From an uncultured bacterium (GTDB taxonomy: Bacteria; Armatimonadota; Abditibacteriia; Abditibacteriales; Abditibacteriaceae): DNA of 64,000 nucleotides. The position numbers and the translations under genes were made by a program. Positions 20,054 through 29,340 of this stretch are shown here, piece by piece. Position 1 is the stretch's first letter. Each line of letters begins with the position of its first letter. Location: assembly GCA_963843795.1 (NCBI GenBank), contig CAWJLW010000006.1, positions 1,674,001 through 1,738,000 of the forward strand, written 5' to 3'. The notes beneath the pieces are model-generated. The model did not search any database. It was not told the origin of the DNA and worked only from the letters and a program-made list of their open reading frames with translations.

Positions 20054-22231
20054 ATGAAACTACCCTTTTTAGTCGCCACCTGCTTCTTCATGTCCACTCA
20101 CGCCCACGCGCAAACACAACGAGAACAATCCGAACGACGCAGTGAGGAACGTTTGTCGTTTCAATCGTTTGATGCGTGGGAGCCGCGCACCAATCTCAAC
20201 GCTGATGTCGCGATGGTTTATGGAATTGATGAAACCCTGCCCGCGCGCATCAAAAGCTGGAAAGACAAAGGGTATGTGATTCATGTAATGACTGGCGTTG
20301 CGTGGGGCGAATATCAAGATTATTTGTTCGGCAAATACGACGGCAAAAATCACGAGGACGAATCGCAGACCAACAGAAAAGGCGAAGTCATCGGGCACGG
20401 AGTGAACGTGCCGTATATGTCGCCGGGCATCGAATATGGCAAATATCTTTCGCAAGGCGTCAAGCGCGCGATTGATGCCGGAGCCGATGCGGTGCATCTG
20501 GAAGAACCGGAATTTTGGGCGCGCGCCGGTTGGGGCGCGGGCTTCAAGCGCGAATGGAAAGAGTTTTACGGCGAAGAATGGCAGTCGCCCGATTCTTCGC
20601 CCGACGCTCAGTATCGTGCTTCCAAATTGAAATATTTTCTTTATCGTCGCGCGCTCTCGCAGGTTTTCGATTTCGTGAAAAGCTATAGCAAACAAATCGG
20701 GCGCGACATCAAATGTTATGTGCCGACGCATTCGCTGATTAACTACGCGAAATGGGGCATTGTCAGCCCGCAATCGTCGCTGTTGGATGTCGGCTGCGAC
20801 GGCTATATTGCGCAGGTTTGGACGGGCACAGCGCGTTCGTCGAATGTATATCGCGGACGTGAAAAAGAGCGCACGTTTGAGACCGCGTTTTTGGAATACG
20901 GTGCAATGCAGAACCTTGTGCGCGCTTCAGGGCGGCGCATGTGGTATCTCAACGATCCGATTGAAGACGACGCCAACCATTCGTGGGACGATTATCGCAG
21001 CAACTGGGAAAGTACTTTGACGGCGTCGCTGCTTCAGCCCGAAATCTGGCGTTATGAAATCATGCCGTGGCCACATCGTATCTTCACCAAAAATTATCCG
21101 GTGAAAGAAGCTTCGCAGCGCAAAGCTGGCGAACCGGTCGAGAAAATTCCGATTCCCAAAGCTTACGAAACCGAATTGCAAAGCGTGATTCACGCACTTG
21201 GCAACATGAAGCAGCCGCTCAAAGATGTGAAATGGGAGAAAAGCGGCACGCGCGGAATTGGCATTCTGATTTCCGATACGCTAATGTTTCAGCGCGAACA
21301 ACCAGTGCCGTCCGATCCGTGGCTGGGTTCGTTTTACGGATTGGCGCTGCCTTTATTGTCGCGCGGCGTGCCGGTCGAACCGGTGCAAATCGAGAGCGCG
21401 GGCGGCAAAGGTTTTCTCAATTCTTACAAAGTTCTAGTCTTAACTTACGAAGGTCAGAAGCCGCCAAAACCAGAGTTTCACAGCGCTGTGCGTGATTGGG
21501 TACGCCAGGGCGGCGCTCTAGTCGTGATTGATAACGATAGTGATCCGTATAACAAAGTACAAGATTGGTGGAACAAAGCGCCAATGAACTACGCCACGCC
21601 GCGCGAGCATTTATTTGAAACCCTGGGCTTGCCCAAAGATGGTGTGGGAATGGCGCGCGTAGGCAAAGGTTGGGTAATTCGCGAGAATTTGTCGCCTGCG
21701 GCATTGAGCCATCAAACCGATGGCGATGAACGGGTGCGCAGTAGCATCCAGCGCGCAGCCGATACCATCAAATTGCCTTTGAATGAAACGAACGCTCTGG
21801 TGCTACGACGCGGGCCTTACATTGTAGCGGCAGGTTTGGACGAGTCGATTCCCAATGCGCCGAGCACGACGATGCGCGGTCGATTTTTGGATTTGTTCGA
21901 CGCCGATTTGCCAGTAAAAACCCGCGTTGAACTGGAGCCGGGCAAGCGCGAACTCTTGTTTGATGTTGATTTCGGTCGCGAGAAAAAAGCACACGTTTTG
22001 GCTGCCGCGTGTCGTGTAGATAACGAAAGTGCGACCGGTCGCACTTTGAGTTTCGATGCCAGCGGCATCGCCGAAACTAATGCTGTGGTGTGCGCGATGT
22101 TGCCACGCGCGCCCAAAACCGTGCGCATCGGCGATCAAACCCAAACCGTCAATTTCGATTTTCAGGACGGCATTCTGCGTTTGCGCTTTGCGAATTCGGT
22201 GAAGCCGATTCCAATTACAATCGGTTGGTAA
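20054..22231 (+). CDS. Secreted conserved hypothetical protein, probable glycoside-hydrolase-like barrel plus class I GATase-like domain
   Basis: Signal peptide; HLEEPEFW; DWVRQGGALV resembles a trimerisation-type domain. Confidence 0.5.
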   Translation: MKLPFLVATCFFMSTHAHAQTQREQSERRSEERLSFQSFDAWEPRTNLNADVAMVYGIDETLPARIKSWKDKGYVIHVMTGVAWGEYQDYLFGKYDGKNHEDESQTNRKGEVIGHGVNVPYMSPGIEYGKYLSQGVKRAIDAGADAVHLEEPEFWARAGWGAGFKREWKEFYGEEWQSPDSSPDAQYRASKLKYFLYRRALSQVFDFVKSYSKQIGRDIKCYVPTHSLINYAKWGIVSPQSSLLDVGCDGYIAQVWTGTARSSNVYRGREKERTFETAFLEYGAMQNLVRASGRRMWYLNDPIEDDANHSWDDYRSNWESTLTASLLQPEIWRYEIMPWPHRIFTKNYPVKEASQRKAGEPVEKIPIPKAYETELQSVIHALGNMKQPLKDVKWEKSGTRGIGILISDTLMFQREQPVPSDPWLGSFYGLALPLLSRGVPVEPVQIESAGGKGFLNSYKVLVLTYEGQKPPKPEFHSAVRDWVRQGGALVVIDNDSDPYNKVQDWWNKAPMNYATPREHLFETLGLPKDGVGMARVGKGWVIRENLSPAALSHQTDGDERVRSSIQRAADTIKLPLNETNALVLRRGPYIVAAGLDESIPNAPSTTMRGRFLDLFDADLPVKTRVELEPGKRELLFDVDFGREKKAHVLAAACRVDNESATGRTLSFDASGIAETNAVVCAMLPRAPKTVRIGDQTQTVNFDFQDGILRLRFANSVKPIPITIGW

Positions 22232-22242
22232 ACATTCAACTC

Positions 22243-22283
22243 CAACAACCACGAGCGAACTTTCATTCCGCTCGTGGTTGTTG
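22243..22283 (+). terminator. Hairpin downstream of 20054-22231
   Basis: CAACAACCACGAGCG..CGCTCGTGGTTGTTG. Confidence 0.55.
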
Positions 22284-22428
22284 ATTTTGCGCTGGCCGGT
22301 TCGCAACTGAATGCGTCGGTCACAGTCTCAAATACGGTTCAAAAACTAACGTTATCGGGCATGAGAGATCAGCGAGTTGCAGGCTTAATTGCACGCTGCA
22401 AGTACTTGCAGTTATAAATGGGAGAAAC

Positions 22429-23868
22429 ATGACAAAAGTAACGCGACGGGAATTGATGAAGCGTACCGCGATTGGTGCGGGCGCATTGGCAGGCGCAAGT
22501 TTGACGGGAAGCAAATTCGGCATTCCCTATATCATGGCCGCCGATGAAAAACGCGGCAAATTGCGCACGGCTGTCATCGGCTGCGGCGGTCAGGGTCGCA
22601 GTTCGCACATTCCTGCGGCTGCCGATGAGCGTTTAGTGGCGGTTGTGGATGTTGACAGCAATAATCTAAACGAAGCGCTGAAGCGCGCCAAAGACACGCG
22701 GCCCAACACCGACATCGACGCGGTGCAGAAATTCACCGATTATCGCACGTTTTTTGACAAGATGAAGGGCGAAGTGGATGCGGTTTTTGTGGTTACGCCC
22801 AATCACCATCATGCGTTGCCATCGTTGATGGCGATGGAGCGCGGCATCGGTGTTTATACCGAAAAGCCGCTTTGCTACGATTTGCACGAAGCCAAATTGA
22901 TGGCCGAATACGCTAACAAATATAAAGTCGCCACGCAGATGGGCAATCAGGGTCATTCGGGCGAAGGTTATCGTCGCTTGTGCGAATATATCTGGGCAGG
23001 TGCAATTGGCAATGTGACCGAAGTTTATAGTTGGACAGATCGCGCTAATGGCGGCGTGGGTCGTCGTCCGCCAGCTTTGCCGGTGCCAGCGAATTTGAAC
23101 TGGGACAACTGGATTGGCCCCGCGCCGTATCGTGAATATCACAAAGATTTGCATCCGCATGAATGGCACAATTGGCACGACTTCGGAAACGGCTCGCTGG
23201 GGAACATGGGCTGTCACGTTTTGGACGGCGCAATGTGGGCGCTGAAACTGGAACAGCCGACCGCGATTGAAGTCGAATATATGCTGGGTGGCAACGCCGA
23301 ACAGTATCCAATCGGCACTCGCATTCGATGGGACTATCCCGCTCGCGGCGAAATGCCGCCGGTGAAAGTCTGGTGGTATGACGGTAAAAAGCCGGGTGCG
23401 CTCAAGACCGGCACACCGGGTGATTACGGCGACAGCGTGGGCAAAGGCGAGCAGAACTGGCCGCCAATTGTCGAGGAATTGAAGAAGAAATACGAACGTC
23501 CTTTCGATAGCAATGGCACGGTGTATATTGGCGATAAAGGCATCATGTATACCGGAACTTATGGAGGTGGTGTGCGCATTATTCCCGAAGAACAACACAA
23601 AGCGACACCGATTCCCGATAAAGTTTTGCCGCGCATTGTCGGCACGCATCAGCAGAATTTCCTACAGGGTGTGCGTGGCGAAGGCGAAACTTCTTCGCCT
23701 TTTCCCGTCGGCGCGCATCTCACTTCCATGATTATTTTGGGCGACCTGGCAATCAAAGCAGGCGAAGGTCAGAAATTGGAATGGGACGGCGAAAAAATGG
23801 AATGTACCAACAAGCCCGAAATGAATCGCTTTCTCAAGCGTGAGTATCGCGACGGCTGGAAAGTTTAG
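22429..23868 (+). CDS. Gfo/Idh/MocA oxidoreductase with Tat signal
   Basis: TRRELMK; IGCGGQG; TPNHHH; YTEKP; GNMGCH. Confidence 0.92.
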   Translation: MTKVTRRELMKRTAIGAGALAGASLTGSKFGIPYIMAADEKRGKLRTAVIGCGGQGRSSHIPAAADERLVAVVDVDSNNLNEALKRAKDTRPNTDIDAVQKFTDYRTFFDKMKGEVDAVFVVTPNHHHALPSLMAMERGIGVYTEKPLCYDLHEAKLMAEYANKYKVATQMGNQGHSGEGYRRLCEYIWAGAIGNVTEVYSWTDRANGGVGRRPPALPVPANLNWDNWIGPAPYREYHKDLHPHEWHNWHDFGNGSLGNMGCHVLDGAMWALKLEQPTAIEVEYMLGGNAEQYPIGTRIRWDYPARGEMPPVKVWWYDGKKPGALKTGTPGDYGDSVGKGEQNWPPIVEELKKKYERPFDSNGTVYIGDKGIMYTGTYGGGVRIIPEEQHKATPIPDKVLPRIVGTHQQNFLQGVRGEGETSSPFPVGAHLTSMIILGDLAIKAGEGQKLEWDGEKMECTNKPEMNRFLKREYRDGWKV

Positions 23869-23908
23869 TTTCTCAATGTTGTAAGAAAATACCACGATGC
23901 AGATAATT

Positions 23909-23952
23909 AAGGCCAGTGGCGTGTGCAAGTACTTGCATACGCCACTGGCCTT
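23909..23952. terminator. Motif-centred hairpin terminator between convergent genes
   Basis: AAGGCCAGTGGCGTGTGCAAGT|ACTTGCATACGCCACTGGCCTT (one G-T pair), followed by T-rich sequence. Confidence 0.8.
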
Positions 23953-24040
23953 TTCTTTTATCTATTTCTTTTAAAACGAATTGCGCCCAAAAACTTTTAT
24001 ATTCTATTTTGCAGTCTATTTTACGAGCATTCTATTGAAC

Positions 24041-25879
24041 TTAGAAGTTTAATTTTTGAGGTTTTTGTTTGGGTTGCAAACGATAGAAAGTGTTGGTTTT
24101 GAGCGCGCCAAACTTTTCAGTTTTTCCATCGGGCCAACGCACGCTTAGCGAAGTGACAGAACTGGTTTTTCCCAGACCAAAACTGATGCGTGGATCGGAG
24201 CGCGAGCAGTAGCTGGAGCCGCTGCGCACTGCTTGAGTCTGGCGCACGCCACCACTTTCGATGGTAATTTTGGCACCGATGGGACTGCGGTTACCAACGC
24301 CCCGGACATCGAAGGTAATCCATTGATTAACGTTGCCACCATCGTTGCGAAAGAGTTTGAGCGGAGTATTATGAGCTACCATCGCGACATCGGGATCGCC
24401 GTCGTTGTCGTAATCGGCAATAGCTATGCCGCGCGTAACTTGCGGCTTGATTAGGTCGCCCAGAGAGCGCCAATCGTCTGCGAAAGTGCCATCGCTTTGG
24501 TTGTGCAACAGTTGCTGGCTTTGAGCATAAGTCGAACCATTGCTTTGCTCGTCGGTGCGGTCGAGAACGTGACCATTGCCAACGATCAAATCTTTGTGGC
24601 CGTCCAAATCGTAGTCGCAGGCTTCGAAACCAAAACCGATGAGTTGCAAGTTGGTACTGGCCACGTTAGAGGCGTAAGCGTTGTTTTCAAAAAGCCCGCC
24701 ACCCAGATTACGAAAGATCGATTTGGGTTCGCTGGCATAATTGACTACAAAAATATCTTCGCGTCCGTCGTTATCGTAATCGCCAATGCCTACGCCCATG
24801 CCTGACATGGCCGTGCCATCGGAACCCAGAGCCACACCGGCCAGAGTCGCGCGCTCTTCAAACGAGCCATCGCCCTGATTATGCAAAAGCCAGTTGGGAG
24901 AAGTGTCGTTGGAAACGAACAAATCGAGCCGCCCATCTTCATCGTAATCGAACCACGCGGCACTCATGCTTTTTCCCGTTAAGCCGGCGATTTTCGATTG
25001 CTGAGAAAAATCCTGAAAAGTGCCGTCGCCATTATTGCGGTAAAAGCGACAATGCGTGGACTGATAAACCTGAGGGCGACAGTAAAGCAGCTGACCTTTG
25101 TCGCCGGGACAATTTTTATCCAGAGCGGCCGACCAGCGTGCGTAATGCGCCACGAACAAATCCAAATCGCCATCGCCATCGTAGTCGCCCCAGGCCGAAC
25201 TGAGCGGCCAGGGCACTTCACCTTTGACTTCGGTTACGCTCTGGGTATCTTCGAGACCAGCTTTTTTAGTCACATCCTGAAACTTTCCACCACCCACATT
25301 GCGAAAAAGATGGTTGCCACCATAAGCCGTGATATAAAGATCGGTGCGCCCATCGTTATCGAAATCTGCTGCCGAAACTCCCTGTCCGTAGCCGGTCGGC
25401 ACATCCAGACCCGAACCAGCCAAAGCATCGCTGAAAGTTCCATTACGGTTATTATGGTAAAGCGCGTTGCGTTGCGAGAATTTCTTTTCCGTGCCTTTGG
25501 CGTCCGGCACCGGCCCACCCTGCGGCGCGAAAAGATCAAGCCAGCCATCGTTATCATAATCGAACCAAGCCACGCCGCCGCCCGAAGCCTCCACAAATAA
25601 ATGACGTCCGGTCGCACCATTGTTGTAGGTCCAATTCAAACCGGCGTTGGCGGTAACATCTTGAAAGCGCAACGATTGTTTGGTCAATTGCGGGCTGTTC
25701 GCCGCCTGTTGGGGATCGACGATGCTGGCGATGGGGAAAAGCTCGTGCAACGAAGGCTTTTCGGGTACCGGTGACGATTGTTTCAGTAAATTGCAACCCG
25801 AAATCGCAGGGAGTGCACAACAAAGAATTCCGAAAAAACGTGTGAAAGGCGAGGCAAAAGGCGAACGGCGTGGATTCAT
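24041..25879 (-). CDS. CRTAC1 / ASPIC-UnbV family lipoprotein with FG-GAP repeats
   Basis: Lipobox ISGC; repeated DYDNDGxxD; C-terminal GSSYCSRSD..FGLG..VRWPDG. Confidence 0.9.
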   Translation of the reverse strand: MNPRRSPFASPFTRFFGILCCALPAISGCNLLKQSSPVPEKPSLHELFPIASIVDPQQAANSPQLTKQSLRFQDVTANAGLNWTYNNGATGRHLFVEASGGGVAWFDYDNDGWLDLFAPQGGPVPDAKGTEKKFSQRNALYHNNRNGTFSDALAGSGLDVPTGYGQGVSAADFDNDGRTDLYITAYGGNHLFRNVGGGKFQDVTKKAGLEDTQSVTEVKGEVPWPLSSAWGDYDGDGDLDLFVAHYARWSAALDKNCPGDKGQLLYCRPQVYQSTHCRFYRNNGDGTFQDFSQQSKIAGLTGKSMSAAWFDYDEDGRLDLFVSNDTSPNWLLHNQGDGSFEERATLAGVALGSDGTAMSGMGVGIGDYDNDGREDIFVVNYASEPKSIFRNLGGGLFENNAYASNVASTNLQLIGFGFEACDYDLDGHKDLIVGNGHVLDRTDEQSNGSTYAQSQQLLHNQSDGTFADDWRSLGDLIKPQVTRGIAIADYDNDGDPDVAMVAHNTPLKLFRNDGGNVNQWITFDVRGVGNRSPIGAKITIESGGVRQTQAVRSGSSYCSRSDPRISFGLGKTSSVTSLSVRWPDGKTEKFGALKTNTFYRLQPKQKPQKLNF

Positions 25880-25908
25880 AAAAAGGAAGTCTGACGAAAT
25901 TTCGTTCG

Positions 25909-27177
25909 TCAATTGATAGCTGCGGGTTTGGGAGTCGCCGGGCGCGCAGTGTCGGCCTTCGATCCTTGTTTTGCGAGTTTTTCGAGAACCTGAGCGTTGT
26001 GCGATTTGGCAATGCGATTATAAAACGCCTTGACTTGTTTTTGAACGCGCGGGTCGCGCGGGCCAGCTTTCAAAGCCAGTTCGTAAGCACCGCGCGCGCT
26101 TTGCAGGCTGCCTTCTTCCTCGTATAACAGCGCCAGTTCCAAAGCGACAGGAATGTCGCGTTTATTAAAACCCAGAGCATGTTTCAAGAATTCCATACGG
26201 TCTTCTCGAACCGTCAAACGCCGGATTGTAGCCGCGACTTCCGCTTGCTTTTTCGGATTGCCCAAACGGATGTAACATTGCGACAATCCATTGTAAAAAG
26301 GCAACATAATTGGCCAGTAGGAAACCGCCTCCGAATAAACTTGCAGCGCCTTTTCCGGCTGATTGCTATCCAGATACAATTGCCCCAGCAGCAGATAAGT
26401 GCGAACTTCGCGCTTACTATTCGATACCGAACGTTGCACGTACTTGAGTGCCGCCGCCAAATTTTCTCTGGTGCGCGGCTTCTGGTTGTAAATAACCGCC
26501 ATGTAATAGTTGGCTTCGGCGTGATTCGGCTGGCGCTCCAGCAACGGCTGCAAATGTTGCTCGGCAAGTTGCCAGTTCGAGGCGTCCAACTCTAACAGCA
26601 CCAGCGCAATCAGATAATGTTCGTTATCGGGAGCCAGAGCGTGCGCCTTACGCAGAGCTTCTGCGGCGGCCACGCGATTTTTGAAGTGAGCCGCGTAAAC
26701 TCCGTATTCTCCGACCGCTTCACCATTTTCAGGCAGCAACTTCGCCGCCTGTTTGGCCGCGACATACGCTTTGTCTATATCACCCAAATTTTGTTGGGTT
26801 CTCATTTGCTTGAGAAAAATTTCACCATCATCGGGCGCCAGCTTTCCCGCAGAATCGTAGAAGCGTGCCGCCTTATCATATTGTCGGACAACCGCATAAA
26901 GATCGCCCAAACTTTCGTAGCATTCGACCGACTTGGGGTCTTCTTGCACGCCCTGCAACCATTCCTTTTCAGCTTGAACATATTGCTTCGACGAAGCTAA
27001 CTCCATTCCTCTCAGATAATGACGCGTGCCAGGACGCGTCCATTGACGCCAGCTTTGAACTCCGTAAAACACAGCGACTACAGCAGCCATCAACAGCGCA
27101 CAAACGAAGAAGCGAGGCCAAATTGTGCGGCGTGCCGCCACTGCGATAGCCGGGTTAGGAGTTGATACCGTGTTCAT
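25909..27177 (-). CDS. Membrane-anchored tetratricopeptide repeat protein
   Basis: N-terminal TM; multiple TPR-like helical repeats. Confidence 0.85.
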   Translation of the reverse strand: MNTVSTPNPAIAVAARRTIWPRFFVCALLMAAVVAVFYGVQSWRQWTRPGTRHYLRGMELASSKQYVQAEKEWLQGVQEDPKSVECYESLGDLYAVVRQYDKAARFYDSAGKLAPDDGEIFLKQMRTQQNLGDIDKAYVAAKQAAKLLPENGEAVGEYGVYAAHFKNRVAAAEALRKAHALAPDNEHYLIALVLLELDASNWQLAEQHLQPLLERQPNHAEANYYMAVIYNQKPRTRENLAAALKYVQRSVSNSKREVRTYLLLGQLYLDSNQPEKALQVYSEAVSYWPIMLPFYNGLSQCYIRLGNPKKQAEVAATIRRLTVREDRMEFLKHALGFNKRDIPVALELALLYEEEGSLQSARGAYELALKAGPRDPRVQKQVKAFYNRIAKSHNAQVLEKLAKQGSKADTARPATPKPAAIN

Positions 27178-27287
27178 CTGAGAGAAATAGGGGTTTTGAT
27201 AACAGAAAAATTACTATGAACTGTGCACAGCGCAGCTGATAATCGATAAAGCCAGTAATTGGCCAAGCTGATATTCGATTCGAACAA

Positions 27288-27317
27288 AATGCTCCTGCAA
27301 GTACTTGCAGGAGCATT
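27288..27317. repeat. 30-bp perfect palindrome centred on the motif, downstream of the DUF1559 gene
   Basis: AATGCTCCTGCAAGT|ACTTGCAGGAGCATT. Confidence 0.85.
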
Positions 27318-27349
27318 GGTTTGAATTTCTGCCTGCTTTACCGGCTGTT

Positions 27350-28039
27350 TTACCAGGTTTTTTCGTTGATGCCTGTGTCAATGGTGGGCGCATACTGCGG
27401 AGCTTTGGAGTATTTGACGTGACCATCAACGTACGCCATATTGCGTTCGCCGTTGGTTTTGTTGCCCTGCCCATCATAGTTTCCGCACTCGTTGTTAGAC
27501 TGGCCTTCGTGCCAGCACTGTTGATCGAAGAACAAGCCTTTTGTCACAACGTTTTGAACCGCTGCCAGCGAAACCGAACCTGTGGGAGTGTTGCCATTAT
27601 CGGCACCAGTCGATAACGATGCGTTCACGCCTGGTTTAGCGGTTCCGTCGCGGCCACGGTTGTCCCAGTAGTGGTTGTTGTACCAAGTATCGAACGTGGA
27701 ACCATATGAGTTACCACCATGATTGCCATTCTTTGCCCAACCGGTGTCACTGGGACAAATAAATACCTGTTCACTTTTGATGTAAGGCATGATTTGCAGC
27801 TTCGTGCCAATCGGGTCGGTAATCGGCTTCCAATTCTGGCCGATGGGAAATTTCTCGTCGTAGTCTTGGGTGTACTGAATAACCGCCAATCCCAATTGTT
27901 TCAAGTTACTGGCACAACTCGATTTGCGCGCCTGTTCGCGTGCCCGAGCAAAAACGGGAAACAAGATGGCAGCGAGGATCGCTATGATCGCTATCACGAC
28001 CAAAAGTTCGATCAAGGTGAAACCTTTTTTTGTTTTCAT
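27350..28039 (-). CDS. DUF1559 prepilin-type protein with C-terminal H-X9-DG-type processing motif
   Basis: [62 protein letters not shown]. Confidence 0.92.
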   Translation of the reverse strand: MKTKKGFTLIELLVVIAIIAILAAILFPVFARAREQARKSSCASNLKQLGLAVIQYTQDYDEKFPIGQNWKPITDPIGTKLQIMPYIKSEQVFICPSDTGWAKNGNHGGNSYGSTFDTWYNNHYWDNRGRDGTAKPGVNASLSTGADNGNTPTGSVSLAAVQNVVTKGLFFDQQCWHEGQSNNECGNYDGQGNKTNGERNMAYVDGHVKYSKAPQYAPTIDTGINEKTW

Positions 28040-28083
28040 CAGAAACTCTCCTCTGCTTTTTCATAGCTGATTTATCGATTTAT

Positions 28084-28239
28084 CTACTCAGCTGCTTCTT
28101 TTGTAGCTTTGCTACGCTGGGCATCAGCTGGAGGCATATCGCCCGAACCACCTGAACCACCCGAACCACAACCCACCAGAACCGACATCAAAGTCGTTGC
28201 GATCAGCGTCATCACAACCATCGCGCGCATTTTTTTCAC
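28084..28239 (-). CDS. Small lipoprotein (51 aa), below the ORF-track cutoff
   Basis: GGGGGTG RBS, GTG start; MKKMRAMVVMTLIATTLMSVLVG-CGSGGSGGSGDMPPADAQRSKATKEAAE; lipobox LVGC. Confidence 0.7.
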   Translation of the reverse strand: MKKMRAMVVMTLIATTLMSVLVGCGSGGSGGSGDMPPADAQRSKATKEAAE

Positions 28240-28437
28240 ACAATCACCCCCTGCTAGCCAACCAGGCCAGAAATGTTAAGAACTTTTAATATATAACCAA
28301 AAGCTTCGTTTCTCTAACATTTATTGCCTTTGTTTCACGGCATGGGAAACCGATTTCAAGATGTTGATTTCATATCAAAAGACTGTGAAAACTTCTCAGC
28401 CTCAACTTGCAAGTACTTGTAGATGTGCACTGGACAA

Positions 28438-28473
28438 GCGAAAGCGCCCGCACGTACGTGCGGGCGCTTTCGC
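28438..28473. terminator. 36-bp perfect palindrome with variant core GCACGTACGTGC
   Basis: GCGAAAGCGCCCGCACGT|ACGTGCGGGCGCTTTCGC, followed by T-rich sequence. Confidence 0.65.
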
Positions 28474-28610
28474 CTATTTTTTGTCTTCTTTCAATCAGCG
28501 CTCACAATAAATGGGTTCGACACCAACCGTGATTTTTTGGTCGCGAAATGACCTTCAGATGTCTGCAAGGACTTGCAGAGCCTGTGGCAAACGCGCCTAA
28601 CTGTGAGCGT

Positions 28611-29180
28611 ATGAGTTACTTTGCTGCCGGTTTGTGGCATTGCGCGGCGGCGCTGGCGTTCGCGGCAACTTTTGGAATTTTCGCTTCTGACGACCCCTTT
28701 TTCCTGTTGGACAACCCGTTTTTCACAGTGCCTTTGGTATTGGGTTCGAGCGCTTTATTTTTTGTGCCTGACGCGTGGTCAAAAAAAGGGCCGTTGAAAT
28801 TTCTACATTATCCTCTGCCCGACTGGGATGTTTTGTTGCTTGGCCCGGCCTCGCATCGCAACTGGCTTACGCATTCAGCGCTTTTGCCGATTTTATTATG
28901 CGTCGGCAATTATTATTTTCCCGAATGGTGGATAAGCTGGCCGCAGTTGAACTTTTTGAGTGCGGGTTTGTGTATCGGGATTGCCAGCCATCTATTCTGG
29001 GATTGCGTCGGGTCGCGTTCGCACAAAATCATTGTTGTGCCTTACTGGTTTCATCTGCGCGAAGCGATGTCGCGCGTTTATTTGCTAAGCGGCACAGCCA
29101 TCGCGCTGGGCTGCTCGGTAGCATTCATACGCCCGCAAAACGGGCTGTTGCAATGGCTGCAAAAAACTTTGGCAGGATGA
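28611..29180 (+). CDS. Membrane protein, metal-dependent hydrolase-like (YdjM-type motifs)
   Basis: LPDWD, HRNWLTHS, SHLFWD; several TM segments. Confidence 0.6.
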   Translation: MSYFAAGLWHCAAALAFAATFGIFASDDPFFLLDNPFFTVPLVLGSSALFFVPDAWSKKGPLKFLHYPLPDWDVLLLGPASHRNWLTHSALLPILLCVGNYYFPEWWISWPQLNFLSAGLCIGIASHLFWDCVGSRSHKIIVVPYWFHLREAMSRVYLLSGTAIALGCSVAFIRPQNGLLQWLQKTLAG

Positions 29181-29208
29181 TTTTTCCGGTGCCAAAGTCG
29201 CGTCAAGT

Positions 29209-29237
29209 TTGACCTGACGGGCACAAATGGCTATAAT
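29209..29237 (+). promoter_or_regulatory. Sigma70-type promoter upstream of secD
   Basis: TTGACC-N17-TATAAT. Confidence 0.7.
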
Positions 29238-29340
29238 TTGTGCGTTTACCCACACGCATTCCTCCTGTCGCAGCGAGTGTTCGAGACGTGTTGGCTGTAA
29301 CTATTGTTGTATATTTTCGTTCATCGAGTGTGAGAATTGT

